A stretch of 64,000 bases of DNA. It comes from Microcystaceae cyanobacterium (lineage in GTDB: Bacteria; Cyanobacteriota; Cyanobacteriia; Cyanobacteriales; Microcystaceae). The position numbers were made by a program, and so were the translations under genes. This document shows positions 39,288 to 49,698 of the stretch, piece by piece (the first letter of the stretch is position 1; each line of letters begins with the position of its first letter). The stretch lies in assembly GCA_041746575.1 (NCBI GenBank), contig JBGTGT010000123.1:64001-128000 (forward strand), read 5' to 3'. A model generated the notes under the pieces. It was not told the origin of the DNA. It ran no database searches and saw only the letters and a list, made by a program, of their open reading frames with translations.

Positions 39288-40127
39288 TCAGATTCCTGGT
39301 TTAATCGGACGGTGAGTTACCCAAATCTGTAAACGACCAATTAAATAATCTAAAACTAAACCTGTTAAACCAATCACAACAACTGCTAAAAATACAGAAC
39401 TGAGGTTTAAGCGGTTCCATTCATCCCAAAGAAAGAAACCAATTCCAACACCGCCCGTGAGCATTTCGACTGCTACAATAACTAGCCAAGCAATGCCCAA
39501 ACTAAGCCTTAAACCTGTAAAAATATAGGGTAAACTTGCAGGCAAAATTATTTTAAAAATCTGACGATGTTGAGGCATTTCTAATACGGCCGCCACGTCT
39601 AGGTAATCTTTTGGAACACTGGTAACCCCTAAAGCCGTATTAATAATAGTTGACCAAAGAGAAGTAATAAAAATTACAAAAATTGCTGAGGGTTCTGCAA
39701 CGCCAAACATCGCTAAGGCGATCGGTAACCAGGCTAGTGGTGAAACCGGCCTCAAAATCTGAATGATGGGATTAAAAGTGAGCATGGCATTTCTGGATAG
39801 GCCAATCAAAAAGCCCAACGGAATTGCTACTACAGCTCCTAATAAAAACCCCAAACAAACCCGTCGTAAACTGGCTAATAATAACCAGCCAATACCTAAA
39901 TCTCCTGGCCCTCTTTGATAAAAGGGATTAATAATATACTGCCAATTACTCGTCAATGCTTCTAGGGGAGTGGGCATTAATTCACTGCGGAAAGTGGCAA
40001 TTATCCACCAAAGTGTGATTAATCCCAAAAATCCCAGAGCTGGAAACAAAATTACATCCCGTAAAACTACGGGTTTCAATTTCTTCCAGCCCACTTGTGC
40101 CGCCACGGAAAAAGTAGCTAGGTTCAT
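39288..40127 (-). CDS. NrtB-like ABC permease
   Basis: SLRRV..GF, LRPVSPLAWLP, LPYIFTGLR.SLGIAW.VIVA.EM. Confidence 0.9.
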   Translation of the reverse strand: MNLATFSVAAQVGWKKLKPVVLRDVILFPALGFLGLITLWWIIATFRSELMPTPLEALTSNWQYIINPFYQRGPGDLGIGWLLLASLRRVCLGFLLGAVVAIPLGFLIGLSRNAMLTFNPIIQILRPVSPLAWLPIALAMFGVAEPSAIFVIFITSLWSTIINTALGVTSVPKDYLDVAAVLEMPQHRQIFKIILPASLPYIFTGLRLSLGIAWLVIVAVEMLTGGVGIGFFLWDEWNRLNLSSVFLAVVVIGLTGLVLDYLIGRLQIWVTHRPIKPGI

Positions 40128-40225
40128 ATAAAGATACTTATTTTTTCAAGATTGGATACAAAATGTATGGAGCAGTACCAATCGAGAACACTGAATCTAG
40201 CCAGACAAAATCTGTCGAGATACAA

Positions 40226-40360
40226 TCTTCCCTCAATGCCGACGAAGTTAGCTGACGGGCTAGGACTGAGAGATGTCCCTTTCTCGAAACCGTAATGATT
40301 TCTCTGAAATAAGCCCCAAAATTTGGTTCCTCCGCTCCAACCCTGTTGGATTAAGCTTAC
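40226..40360 (-). ncRNA. c-di-AMP riboswitch (ydaO/yuaA class)
   Basis: Minus strand reads GCTTAATCC...GAGCGGAGGAACCA..TTTGGGGCTTATTTC...GAAAGGGACATCTCTC..CCTAGCCCGTCAGCTAACTTCGTCGGC, matching the ydaO consensus blocks; about 100 nt upstream of the permease. Confidence 0.88.
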
Positions 40361-40617
40361 TGGCTCTATTTAGACTATAACCTTAACACAGTTTTTGAAC
40401 ATTGCCACTCTGTTTTTATAAAGTTCATTTATAATTTTGTAAAACAATAAATTTAACTTTGATTTTCTAATATATTAAAGAAGAAAATTCAATATATTAG
40501 TCTCTAGCTTTTTTCAGCCATTAGTTACCGATGAAAGATGAGAACTATAATGTCTGTAATTGAGAATGATCCCATTTTCAATTAGAATGAAAATTTATTG
40601 CTACTTTCCTTACCCCC

Positions 40618-43428
40618 ATGCCTCCATCTGACTCTTTTCAGGATCAATCTTTGATCGCCTGGCACACTCTCTCTGCGGATCAAGTAGTTAGTGAATTACA
40701 CAGCGATCGTCAACAAGGTTTAAGTCAGCAACAAATAACAAAAAACTTAAATACTTATGGATCCAATGAATTGGTTGAAGTGGGGGGGCGAACATCCTGG
40801 GACATCTTAGTTGATCAGTTTACAAACATAATGCTGCTGTTGCTGATCGCCGTTGCTGTGGTTTCAGCAGGGATGGATATTTATCAAGCTCAACAGTTGG
40901 GGAAATTTATTTTTCCGAAGGATGCCATTGCCATTTTTATCGTCGTGTTACTGAATGGCATCTTGGGGTATATCCAGGAACGGGGAGCGGAGAAAGCCCT
41001 AGCAGCCTTAAAAGATTTATCTACCTCTAGGGTACGGGTCATTCGAGAAGGCAAAACTTCCGAAGTGGAATCCCAGGAATTAGTCCCTGGCGATGTGATC
41101 ATCCTTGAAGCTGGGGTTAAAGTTCCCGCCGATGGTCGTATTTTGGAAGGGGCTAATCTGCAAATTCGAGAAGCGGCTCTAACGGGGGAAGCCGAAGCGG
41201 TGATGAAACAGGGAAATATTCTATTGCCTGCTGATAGTGCTTTGGGCGATCGCCTAAATTTGGTTTACTCAGGGACGGAAGTTGTCCAGGGGCGGGCCAC
41301 GGTGGTGGTCACGGCAACGGGGATGAAAACGGAATTGGGAAAAATTGCTTCAGCCCTCCAATCTGTGGAACCAGAACCCACTCCCCTACAAAAGCGCATG
41401 ACCCAATTGGGCAATGTGTTAGTTGGTGGCTCTTTGATTCTGGTGGCGATCGTAGTCGTGGGGGGAACTATCTTCAAACGGGATCTGTTTATGCAATTAG
41501 TTGAAGTATCCCTCAGTATGGCTGTTGCTGTGGTTCCTGAAGGACTACCCGCCGTAATCACCGTCACCCTAGCTTTGGGAACCCAACGTATGGCTAAACG
41601 CAACGCTCTGATTCGTCAATTGAGTGCGGTGGAAACCCTCGGCTCTGTAACGACCATCTGTTCTGACAAAACGGGAACCTTAACTCAAAATAAGATGGTG
41701 GTACAGTCCATCGTCAGCGATCACCATCGTTTAGCAATTACAGGGGAAGGCTACAATCCCGTCGGTGAGTTTCAAGCAAACGAGGAAGGAGCTTTAAGGA
41801 TTGAAAATACCCCCGAAATTGAAAAATTGTTAATGGCCTGTATTCTGTGCAACGATGCCATTTTACAAAAGGAAAATGGGGAATGGGCAATTTTAGGTGA
41901 TCCTACGGAAGGAGCTTTATTAGCCTTAGCAGGCAAGGGTAATATTTTTAAACATGAACAGGAACAGCATTTTCCCAGGGTGATGGAATTTCCCTTTTCC
42001 TCAGAACGTAAGCGTATGAGCGTGGTAGTTCAAGATGAGCAGGGAAAAATTGACACCCATAACAGTTATGTAATGTTTGTAAAAGGTTCCCCTGAGTTGA
42101 TCTTGGAACGCTGTACCCATATTCAAGTCGGAACCCGAATCTTAGCCATTAGTAAAGAACAGCGCATTTATATTTTAGAACAAAATAATTATTTAGCTGG
42201 CCGTGGCCTGCGGGTATTGGGCTTTGCCAGCAAAGTTTGGACAACGTTACCGAGCGACACCAATGATGACATTGCCGAGCAACAATTAACCTGGTTGGGT
42301 TTAGTGGGAATGTTAGATGCCCCCCGTCCAGAAGTGCGAGATGCCGTTGCCAAATGTCGAGCCGCTGGGATTCGCCCCGTGATGATTACGGGTGATCACC
42401 CTCTCACGGCCCAGGCGATCGCCTTAGATTTGGGCATTGCAGAAGCAGGAGCAAGGGTGATTACCAGTCGAGATTTAGAAAATTGCAGTGAAAATGAACT
42501 GGATCAAATGGTTCGCACCGTCAATGTCTATGCCAGGGTTTCCCCCGAACATAAATTAAAAATCGTGCAAACGCTCCGTAAACAGCATGAAGTTGTTGCC
42601 ATGACAGGGGATGGGGTAAATGATGCCCCGGCGTTAAAGCAAGCCGATATCGGGGTGGCTATGGGTATCACAGGAACCGATGTCAGTAAGGAAGCCAGTG
42701 ACATGATTTTACTGGACGATAACTTTGCCACCATTGTCGCAGCGGTAGAAGAAGGCCGTGTTGTTTATACCAATATCCGCCGTTTTATTCGGTATATCCT
42801 GGGCAGCAATATTGGCGAAGTATTAACAATCGCAGCGGCCCCTTTGATGGGATTAGGAGGTGTCCCCCTATCTCCGTTACAAATTCTTTGGATGAACCTA
42901 GTTACCGATGGGGTTCCTGCCTTAGCTCTAGCCGTGGAACCAGGTAAAGGAAGTGTTATGCAACAACCCCCTAAAGACCCCCAAGAGAGTATATTTGCAC
43001 GGGGATTGGGTTCCTACGTGGTTCGTCAAGGTCTAATATTAGCCATTGTCACCATTGTTTTGATGGTTTGGGCCTATGGTTATACCCCCGAACATTTGGA
43101 GGGTAGACTTTCCCCCGATCGCTGGAAAACAATGGTATTTACCACCCTTTGTCTAGCGCAAATGGGCCATGCCCTCGCCATTCGTTCTGTGACCAGTTTG
43201 ACCATTGAAATTAACCCTTTTTCCAATCCTTTTTTACTGGCGGCTGTTATCATTACCTCTTTGTTACAACTGTTATTGATTTATGTTGAACCGCTACGAG
43301 CATTTTTTGGAACCCATTATTTACCGGCCAACGAACTGTGGATTTGTGTAGGCTTCAGTGCCTTAATTTTTACCTGGATCGAATTAGAAAAAGTCGTCAT
43401 TCGTTTGTATCAGCATTTTGCCCATTAG
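40618..43428 (+). CDS. P-type IIA cation (Ca2+)-transporting ATPase (PacL-like)
   Basis: [41 protein letters not shown]. Confidence 0.93.
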   Translation: MPPSDSFQDQSLIAWHTLSADQVVSELHSDRQQGLSQQQITKNLNTYGSNELVEVGGRTSWDILVDQFTNIMLLLLIAVAVVSAGMDIYQAQQLGKFIFPKDAIAIFIVVLLNGILGYIQERGAEKALAALKDLSTSRVRVIREGKTSEVESQELVPGDVIILEAGVKVPADGRILEGANLQIREAALTGEAEAVMKQGNILLPADSALGDRLNLVYSGTEVVQGRATVVVTATGMKTELGKIASALQSVEPEPTPLQKRMTQLGNVLVGGSLILVAIVVVGGTIFKRDLFMQLVEVSLSMAVAVVPEGLPAVITVTLALGTQRMAKRNALIRQLSAVETLGSVTTICSDKTGTLTQNKMVVQSIVSDHHRLAITGEGYNPVGEFQANEEGALRIENTPEIEKLLMACILCNDAILQKENGEWAILGDPTEGALLALAGKGNIFKHEQEQHFPRVMEFPFSSERKRMSVVVQDEQGKIDTHNSYVMFVKGSPELILERCTHIQVGTRILAISKEQRIYILEQNNYLAGRGLRVLGFASKVWTTLPSDTNDDIAEQQLTWLGLVGMLDAPRPEVRDAVAKCRAAGIRPVMITGDHPLTAQAIALDLGIAEAGARVITSRDLENCSENELDQMVRTVNVYARVSPEHKLKIVQTLRKQHEVVAMTGDGVNDAPALKQADIGVAMGITGTDVSKEASDMILLDDNFATIVAAVEEGRVVYTNIRRFIRYILGSNIGEVLTIAAAPLMGLGGVPLSPLQILWMNLVTDGVPALALAVEPGKGSVMQQPPKDPQESIFARGLGSYVVRQGLILAIVTIVLMVWAYGYTPEHLEGRLSPDRWKTMVFTTLCLAQMGHALAIRSVTSLTIEINPFSNPFLLAAVIITSLLQLLLIYVEPLRAFFGTHYLPANELWICVGFSALIFTWIELEKVVIRLYQHFAH

Positions 43429-43628
43429 ACATCTCTATAATATAATCTAGGTGCTATAAGCCTTGTAGAGCAAAGAATTCAGCTAAAAAGAATTGCTTTT
43501 AGTAGTCCCATCTTTTTTTGTGAAATTGAATTAGGGACGATAAATCAGCATTTTAATCGTTGAACTATTTTGCCAATACATATAGGGACAAGCTTGCTGG
43601 AAAAGGCTTTTAGGTCTTGGAGATGTCT
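43427..43628. mobile_element. 202-bp MITE inserted at the ATPase stop codon
   Basis: TIR AGACATCTC / GAGATGTCT flanked by a 3-bp duplication ATT (43424-43426, 43629-43631). Confidence 0.72.
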
Positions 43629-43791
43629 ATTAACCTTCATCGGTGATTATTTAAAAACTCAACGATAACTGTCCCGGTGTCACGTTCCCCTGTTGCCTGC
43701 GGTGATAGTAAAGATGACAAGGGAAGCATAGAGCCATCAGGCTAAAAAGGCCCAACGCGCCAAAAATGTACAATTAGATTTCAAAGCCTTA

Positions 43792-44390
43792 CTAGTCATG
43801 CTTTTGGGCGAGGTAAGCAAAGAAGACTCGGCGCCCCACCCCTGCGATTCTACAAACCTCAGCGGCTGTCTTTTCAGAATTTTGATACAAGATCCTGGCA
43901 TTCTCCAGTTTGGCAACATCAGTTCGTGGTCTTCCCCCCGTTCTGCCTCTAGCTTTAGCAGAAACTCTTCCAGCGGAAGCTCTTTCGGCACGTAATTCTC
44001 GTTCCATCTGGTAGATAGCCCCCATCATCGACAGAAAACACCGACCTGTAGCAGTGGTAGTATCAATACTCTCTCGCAATGACAACAAATTAATCTGACG
44101 TTGTTCTAGAATCTGTGCAGTTTCAAGTAGATGGAGTAACGAACGGGTCATGCGACTTAATTCAGTCACAACTAAAATATCACCTGGACGAATATATTCA
44201 AGCAGCTGCGCCCATCCAGGTCGCTCCATTCGCGAAGCAGTTAACTTATCAGTTCAGTAAAAATTTTAAGACAACCAGCTTAGTTCAAAGCATCCATCTG
44301 GGAATCAAGATTTTGACCGATGCTGCTGACACGGGCATAGCCAATGCGATTTGGGACTGTTTTCGGTTCAACGGGTGTTGAAGTATCCAA
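43792..44390 (-). pseudogene. Serine resolvase/invertase pseudogene
   Basis: Upstream of the called ORF: RIGYARVSSIGQNLDSQMDALN*AGCLKIFT. Stop at 44280-44282 and a 5-bp duplication at 44249-44258; removing the duplication gives FTDKLTASRMERPG... in frame. Confidence 0.9.
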
Positions 44391-44497
44391 AGTGCAAAAT
44401 CTTAACTCATCTAAAGAGTATCTGCACGTTGATTATAGCAAAGGTTTTAGCACTAAAAATTAACGTAAACTCATAAAGTCAAATCAAGTAAGTCAGA

Positions 44498-44523
44498 AGT
44501 GCAGAAAGTCTACTTTCTGCACT
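44498..44523. other. Perfect palindrome, candidate res crossover site
   Basis: AGTGCAGAAAGT-CT-ACTTTCTGCACT (12-2-12), about 110 bp upstream of the resolvase start. Confidence 0.55.
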
Positions 44524-44538
44524 ACCAACTGGAGTTTA

Positions 44539-45688
44539 TACCAATTTAAATTGAATGAACTACAGATGAGCTAGACTAAGAAGAGTTGTTTAGTGAAATC
44601 TCCAGATGGTTGGTGTTACCTCAATTCAAGTCCAGCAAAGCTTGGATGATCTGACGGAACAGTTGCGTCAAGCCCAAACGCCGACTGTCAAGGAACGATT
44701 GCAAGTCCTCTACTGGCTCAAACAAGAAAGTCCTCCCAGTGTCACTACCATTGCTAAAGCCATAGGGAAAGATCGAAGTACAGTGCAGACGTGGTTATCG
44801 ATGTATCGTGATGGTGGCCTAGAGGCGATGTTGAAAATCAAGAAATCGCCTGGAGGAGTGCGAGTGATCCCAAAATGGGCTGAAAATGCTTTAGACAAGC
44901 GATTACAAGACCCCAATCAGGGGTTTGTCAGCTATGAAGAAGTCCAGCAATGGTTATCCGAAACGTTGGGAGTAGAGGCCAAGTATCATGCGGTGTATCA
45001 GATGACCCACTATCGGTTAAAAGCCAAGTTGAAAGTGGCACGTCCTCAACATGACTTGCAGGACAAGGAGCAGCGTGAGGCTTTTAAAAAAACCTTGTTG
45101 ACGACCTCGACCTGTTGAGCCAGTATGCTAGAGAGGTCAGACAAGATGTTCGACCGATTCGCTATTTTGCGGCTGATGAGAGCCGCTTTGGACTGAAAAC
45201 CCTTGTCGGACGCTTGATTACTGCCTGTGGCATCAAACCGATTGGGCAATGGCAGTGGTTGTTCAAAGCTTTTTGGTTGTATGGGGCTGTAGAACCAGCG
45301 ACGGGTGAATCTTTCTTCTGGCAACTTAATCATGTTGATACCGACTGTTATCAATTTTTCTTAGATGAGTTCTCCAAAGCTTATCCTGATAGCCTTAACA
45401 TCCTTCAAGTTGATAACGGACGGTTTCACAAAGGCAAAGATTTGATTGTGCCAGAAAATGTCATTCTCTTATTTCAGCCGCCTTACTGTCCTGAATTAAA
45501 TCCCATTGAGCGTTTATGGGAACATCTCAAGGCCGATCTCAAGTGGGCTTCTTTCAAGACCCTAGAGCAACTACAAACAAAATTAGATGAACTTCTCAGT
45601 GAGTTAACGCCTGAAATTGTTGCTTCTGTGACTGGTTATTCCTTCATCTTGGATGCCCTATCTGTCGTAACCCCCATTTAAATTGGTA
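44539..45688 (+). mobile_element. IS630-family insertion sequence
   Basis: TIR TACCAATTTAAAT / ATTTAAATTGGTA, TTA duplicated on both sides, two-ORF transposase. Confidence 0.92.
44606..45681 (+). CDS. IS630 transposase (HTH ORF 44606-45118 + DDE ORF 45115-45681), probably joined by a programmed -1 frameshift
   Basis: Slippery TTTTAAAAAAAC at 45082-45093; ORF2 is in the -1 frame; DESRFG, DNG.FH, PPYCPELNPIERLW. Confidence 0.9.
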
Positions 45689-45811
45689 TTAGACTAACTG
45701 CCCGCAATGGTCACACTAGACTGTACGGTTTGCTTACAGGGGAAGCGCCTTAAAATTTGTCTTAGCTTGTCAGAAAGCTAAAAATTTTTAAGAATAGTAA
45801 CAATTATTGTT

Positions 45812-47146
45812 TTAAGCCACCTCTTTTGTATCTTTTTTCTGTCGAGTAACTGTCTTTTTGACTGTCGGATAGCGAGGTTTTTTATGACGTTTTTTCTCTT
45901 TCTCCCATCCAGGAGACTTTCCTCTGGTTTTTGGCAGTTTGGCAGGTGTGCCTATCTTGACCAAAAGTCCTAAAAAGCTTTGTGCGACTCTTCCAGGGGT
46001 TAATTTCTCTACAGGTAAAGGCTTTTGCCAAGGCAGAGGATTATCTTCTATTATCTCACGTGCCAACCCTAATTGCCATGTCATAATAGGGATTAAATTG
46101 CTCCATCTTTGCCCCTTTTCAGTTGTGCCGAGTTTGGGTAAAGTCCAGTGCAATCTTTGCTTGATAAAACGGTTCCAATGTTCAATGGCAAAGCGTCTCA
46201 AATACAATTCCCACAGGTCGATTGAAGATAATTCTTCTTCTCCTATCCACGCCAACCACATTGGTTGGGCTGCCCTGTGAGATAACTTTTTCCCTTGGCG
46301 TTTAACTAATATTATAGTCATCGGATAATCAGGGGATTGGTAGAAATGAAAATTCGGCCACCTCGAAATTTCTATTACTCCCCAAGTTGGGTCATCAATT
46401 TCAATTATTTCGACAGGAATTGCCCAAGTTTCGGGTTCAGATAATTTCATTTTTTGACCATGCTTTCGGGGTCTACCCTTTCCAAGATATTTTGGAGGTT
46501 CTGCATAAATACAGCGATTAGGTCGAATACGCATCAGTTTATCTGCATTGATTTCTGCTGTTTCTTTAATAAAAGGGGCGCATCCGTATTCACTATCCCA
46601 GATTGTTATTGGTCTTACATTAAGATGTCTACATACTTGTTTTAGCTGTAAAACGGCTCTAGAAATTGGTGTTTCATTAGAAGCAATTCGGTTATGACGT
46701 AATGGTAATGCCCAACTACCTTGACTTTCTGGTATCCAAGCTAGTGTACTATAACCGTGTCCCAAAGTGATAGGTTTACCTGAAATTACTTTAGCACCAT
46801 GTTCATAAGTTCTATCCCTTAAAGTCGGTGCTTCTGTTCTGGCCCATGGAGTATGGTCTCCTACCAGAATTCGTCTACTGTATAAATCTTGTGTCGGTAT
46901 TTGGTTAATATAAAGTTGCATTAATTTATTGGTTTTAGGCCGAACATCATCTATGGCTTCATAGATGCTCGGCCACTTCCTCCGAAATACAGGAGATAAG
47001 GATAACTCGGCAAAGGAATAGACATTTCGAGTGGTCAAAACTGCGTCCATTAAATCAAAAGTCGCATCTTTGGCTGTTCCTAAGAGTTGGTAGGCTTCGT
47101 TTCTAAAGTTAGAGAGTTTTTGGGCAGATTTATTCAAGAGCGTCAA
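45812..47146 (-). CDS. DDE transposase (IS701/IS4-like, cyanobacterial type)
   Basis: FAELSLSPVFRRKWPSIYEA, GDHTPW, WDSEYG, YLRRFAIEHWNRFIKQRL.W. Confidence 0.88.
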   Translation of the reverse strand: MTLLNKSAQKLSNFRNEAYQLLGTAKDATFDLMDAVLTTRNVYSFAELSLSPVFRRKWPSIYEAIDDVRPKTNKLMQLYINQIPTQDLYSRRILVGDHTPWARTEAPTLRDRTYEHGAKVISGKPITLGHGYSTLAWIPESQGSWALPLRHNRIASNETPISRAVLQLKQVCRHLNVRPITIWDSEYGCAPFIKETAEINADKLMRIRPNRCIYAEPPKYLGKGRPRKHGQKMKLSEPETWAIPVEIIEIDDPTWGVIEISRWPNFHFYQSPDYPMTIILVKRQGKKLSHRAAQPMWLAWIGEEELSSIDLWELYLRRFAIEHWNRFIKQRLHWTLPKLGTTEKGQRWSNLIPIMTWQLGLAREIIEDNPLPWQKPLPVEKLTPGRVAQSFLGLLVKIGTPAKLPKTRGKSPGWEKEKKRHKKPRYPTVKKTVTRQKKDTKEVA

Positions 47147-47266
47147 TTATTCAGTAAATTTTTCTTATTATCCCTTGTTTTTGTTGACTCAGCTTTTTTG
47201 ATTAATAATTAGACGAGACTGTACAGTTTGACGCAAGGGGGGTGTGGAGTTTTAGTCTAAACTCCA

Positions 47267-47563
47267 GTAACAACTGTCGCCTCTGCGGCGGAAGCACTCG
47301 TGGTTTTAACCCAATCTCTGCCAGATGTCATACTCAGCGATCTTGGAATGCCCGAGATAGATGGTTATATGCTGATTAAACGTGTGAGATCTTTACCTTT
47401 CCGGTGGGGTGGACAAATTCCGGCGATCGCCTTAACGGCTTATGCTGGAGAAATAGACCATCAACAGGCAATTACGGCTGGCTTTCAAAAGCACCTGTCA
47501 AAACCTATAGATCCTGACACGCTAGTCGAAGCAATTATGAATTCAATTCAACGGCCTTACTAA
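47267..47563 (+). pseudogene. N-terminally truncated receiver domain (remnant of a hybrid histidine kinase)
   Basis: The frame reads VTTVASAAEALVVL...PDVILSDLGMPEIDGY...AIALTAYA...HLSKP starting right at the IS end; the first beta strand and acidic pair are missing. Confidence 0.8.
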
Positions 47564-47646
47564 ATATAGAGTTCATCCTTAGGAAACAAGTCTTGAACCT
47601 TAGACTTCGCTTAAAATTTTCCTAGTATAATTCGTCGTTTCAATTT

Positions 47647-47922
47647 ATGAAAGATAGTCTGTTTGATAAAACGTTCCGAGATGATCAAGGCAACCTTGTC
47701 ATTGCTCAGAAGCCTAATCTACCCATTATAGTAGGAATAGGAGCGACTTTATTGAAATTTCTACTTCCCGATGGCAATATCTATACCCTTCTAGATGCGT
47801 TAGCGTTCGGTAGTTTGTTCACTTGGGCGTGGTTGGAATTGTTTGACGGTGTTAACTACTTCCGACGAATGCTGGGATTAGTGGTGTTGCTGGGCGTCAT
47901 TGCTTCAAGATTTGAATGGTAA
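47647..47922 (+). CDS. Small hypothetical membrane protein
   Basis: Two to three hydrophobic segments; FRD..G..VIAQ.PN.P...WAW.EL..GVNYFRR.LG. Confidence 0.7.
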   Translation: MKDSLFDKTFRDDQGNLVIAQKPNLPIIVGIGATLLKFLLPDGNIYTLLDALAFGSLFTWAWLELFDGVNYFRRMLGLVVLLGVIASRFEW

Positions 47923-47928
47923 TTTCTT

Positions 47929-49641
47929 TTAAACTAAACGTTTTTTGAATTCTTCAACGTCTCTTGCTAAAGCTATTTCTTTTAAGATATTAATTAACTG
48001 TATTTCATCTTCGATTGCTCCAATTTTATCTTGGGTTGCTGTCTCTATGTCGCCAAATTTTTGAGTGAAGATTTCGTTGAATAAATGGCGTAAAAATACT
48101 TGATTATTGTCTTTTTGGGCAGAAGAATTTAATTGCAATTGCTGTATTAAACGTTGCAAAACCAGTGCAAGATTTCCTAATTCGTCTTTTTCTTGGATAA
48201 AACTCTCAAAAAGAGAGGGATCAAAATTTTGATTTTCTAGACAACTTGAAGCGATCGCTGTAACTTGGTAAATTTGTTCTAAATAGTCAATACTTTGTCG
48301 ATTTTTCGCTTCTAGAGTATCCATCACTTGATTATAGCGAGTGGCAATGTGTCCTATCTCTGTAAAAGGTTCTACGGGGACTCTACGACTAATATCTTGG
48401 GTTTTCATTTGCCAATCCATCACTTCTAATAGGTCATAGGTATCGGTCTTCGCCTGATGTTCGCTGATGTTTAACCCTAACGCTTCTGCTTCTGGGGAGA
48501 CTCTTAAGGGAAAAAAACGATTAATTGCGGTCAAAATCAACCAACTAATGCCAAACACCCAGATAAAACAGACGAAAATACCCAATAACTGTACCGCTAA
48601 CTGTTGGAAGCGAGTCGGTTGAGTATCAATTAGGTTTAATTGTCCGAATAAAGCGACGCATAACGTCCCCCACATTCCTGCACCGCCGTGAACGGCAATT
48701 GCACCGACAGCATCGTCAATTTTCCAGCGATTTAACTGATATTCTACTAAAAACATGATTCCTGATCCTGTAATCCCAACAATGAAAGCAAGCGGAGGAC
48801 TCACCATTTGACAGCAAGCAGTAATCGCGACTAATCCGGCAATTGAACCATTAATCAACCATTCTACCGAGAGATAACCTAATTTTCCTGTACTCAATAC
48901 CATTGCGGTTATCATTCCCCCGACTCCCGCTAACATGGTATTCATAATAATAAGAGGAACGCGTTCATCAAAGACTAAGAGACTGCCCCCATTAAAGCCA
49001 ATCCAACCAAACCAAAGTAATAAAGCACCTAATACTGCAAAAGGGAGGTTTGATCCTTGAATTTTGTTATCTTTGTCATTTTCTCCATAGCGTCCTGTTC
49101 TTGCACCGATAATCAATAAGGTTGCAAGACTCACCCATGCTCCAACACTGTGAACGACGGTTGAACCGGCAAAGTCAATAAATCCTAATTTTTCTAACCA
49201 TCCTCCCTGATTTTGCTCTAAAATACCATTCCATGCCCAATGACCAAAAAGGGGATAAATCCCCCCAGAGACGAGTCCGGCAATCAGTAAATAAGCTTTA
49301 AAATTGAGACGTTCTGCTACTGCGCCAGAAATAATAGTGGTCGCCGTCCCGCAAAACATGGCTTGAAAAAGAAAAAATACGGCAATTTTAGGGTCATTTT
49401 GAGGTGAAATAGCAAATTGGTGCCAACTAAGCCAACCATTGCCCGCATGACCAAACATAAAACCGTAGCCAATTAACCAAAATAGGGTGACGGATAAGCC
49501 AAAATCAGCGATATTTTTAACGGCAACATTGATATTATTTTTCGTCCGTGTCAATCCAGATTCAAGACACATAAAACCGGCTTGCATCAGGAAGACTAAC
49601 CCTGAACAAATGATTAACCACAATAAGTTAATGACCATCAA
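47929..49641 (-). CDS. amt: Ammonium transporter with a C-terminal HAMP-like/coiled-coil extension
   Basis: FLMQAGF..LESG, DFAGSTVVH, WFGWIGFNGGS, IDDAVGAIAVHG; roughly 170 extra aa after GLNISEH. Confidence 0.9.
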   Translation of the reverse strand: MMVINLLWLIICSGLVFLMQAGFMCLESGLTRTKNNINVAVKNIADFGLSVTLFWLIGYGFMFGHAGNGWLSWHQFAISPQNDPKIAVFFLFQAMFCGTATTIISGAVAERLNFKAYLLIAGLVSGGIYPLFGHWAWNGILEQNQGGWLEKLGFIDFAGSTVVHSVGAWVSLATLLIIGARTGRYGENDKDNKIQGSNLPFAVLGALLLWFGWIGFNGGSLLVFDERVPLIIMNTMLAGVGGMITAMVLSTGKLGYLSVEWLINGSIAGLVAITACCQMVSPPLAFIVGITGSGIMFLVEYQLNRWKIDDAVGAIAVHGGAGMWGTLCVALFGQLNLIDTQPTRFQQLAVQLLGIFVCFIWVFGISWLILTAINRFFPLRVSPEAEALGLNISEHQAKTDTYDLLEVMDWQMKTQDISRRVPVEPFTEIGHIATRYNQVMDTLEAKNRQSIDYLEQIYQVTAIASSCLENQNFDPSLFESFIQEKDELGNLALVLQRLIQQLQLNSSAQKDNNQVFLRHLFNEIFTQKFGDIETATQDKIGAIEDEIQLINILKEIALARDVEEFKKRLV

Positions 49642-49698
49642 AAATTATGAATTGATTTCCTGAATTCTAACTCCTCACGCTTTTATTGGACATCATAT

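Larger units (their letters stand above)
44528..47268 (-). mobile_element. IS701/IS4-like element whose left TIR is interrupted by IS630
   Basis: Right TIR TTAGTCTAAACTCCAGT (47252-47268). The left TIR ACTGGAGTTTAGACTAA is restored by removing IS630 and one TTA. Confidence 0.85.

Noticed and set aside
36908..40127. Calling the ABC operon nrtABD, cmpABD or cynABD
   Set aside because: Gene order, the missing NrtC/CmpC subunit, no cynS or nir, and the riboswitch do not support a specific substrate.
40165..40178. GTA-N8-TAC possible NtcA box upstream of the ABC permease
   Set aside because: No -10 element at the canonical spacing of about 22 nt, and it lies inside the riboswitch leader; a 6-bp match is expected by chance.
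45082..45118. IS630 transposase as a pseudogene
   Set aside because: The split coincides with a canonical slippery A7 tract and a -1 frame, consistent with programmed frameshifting.
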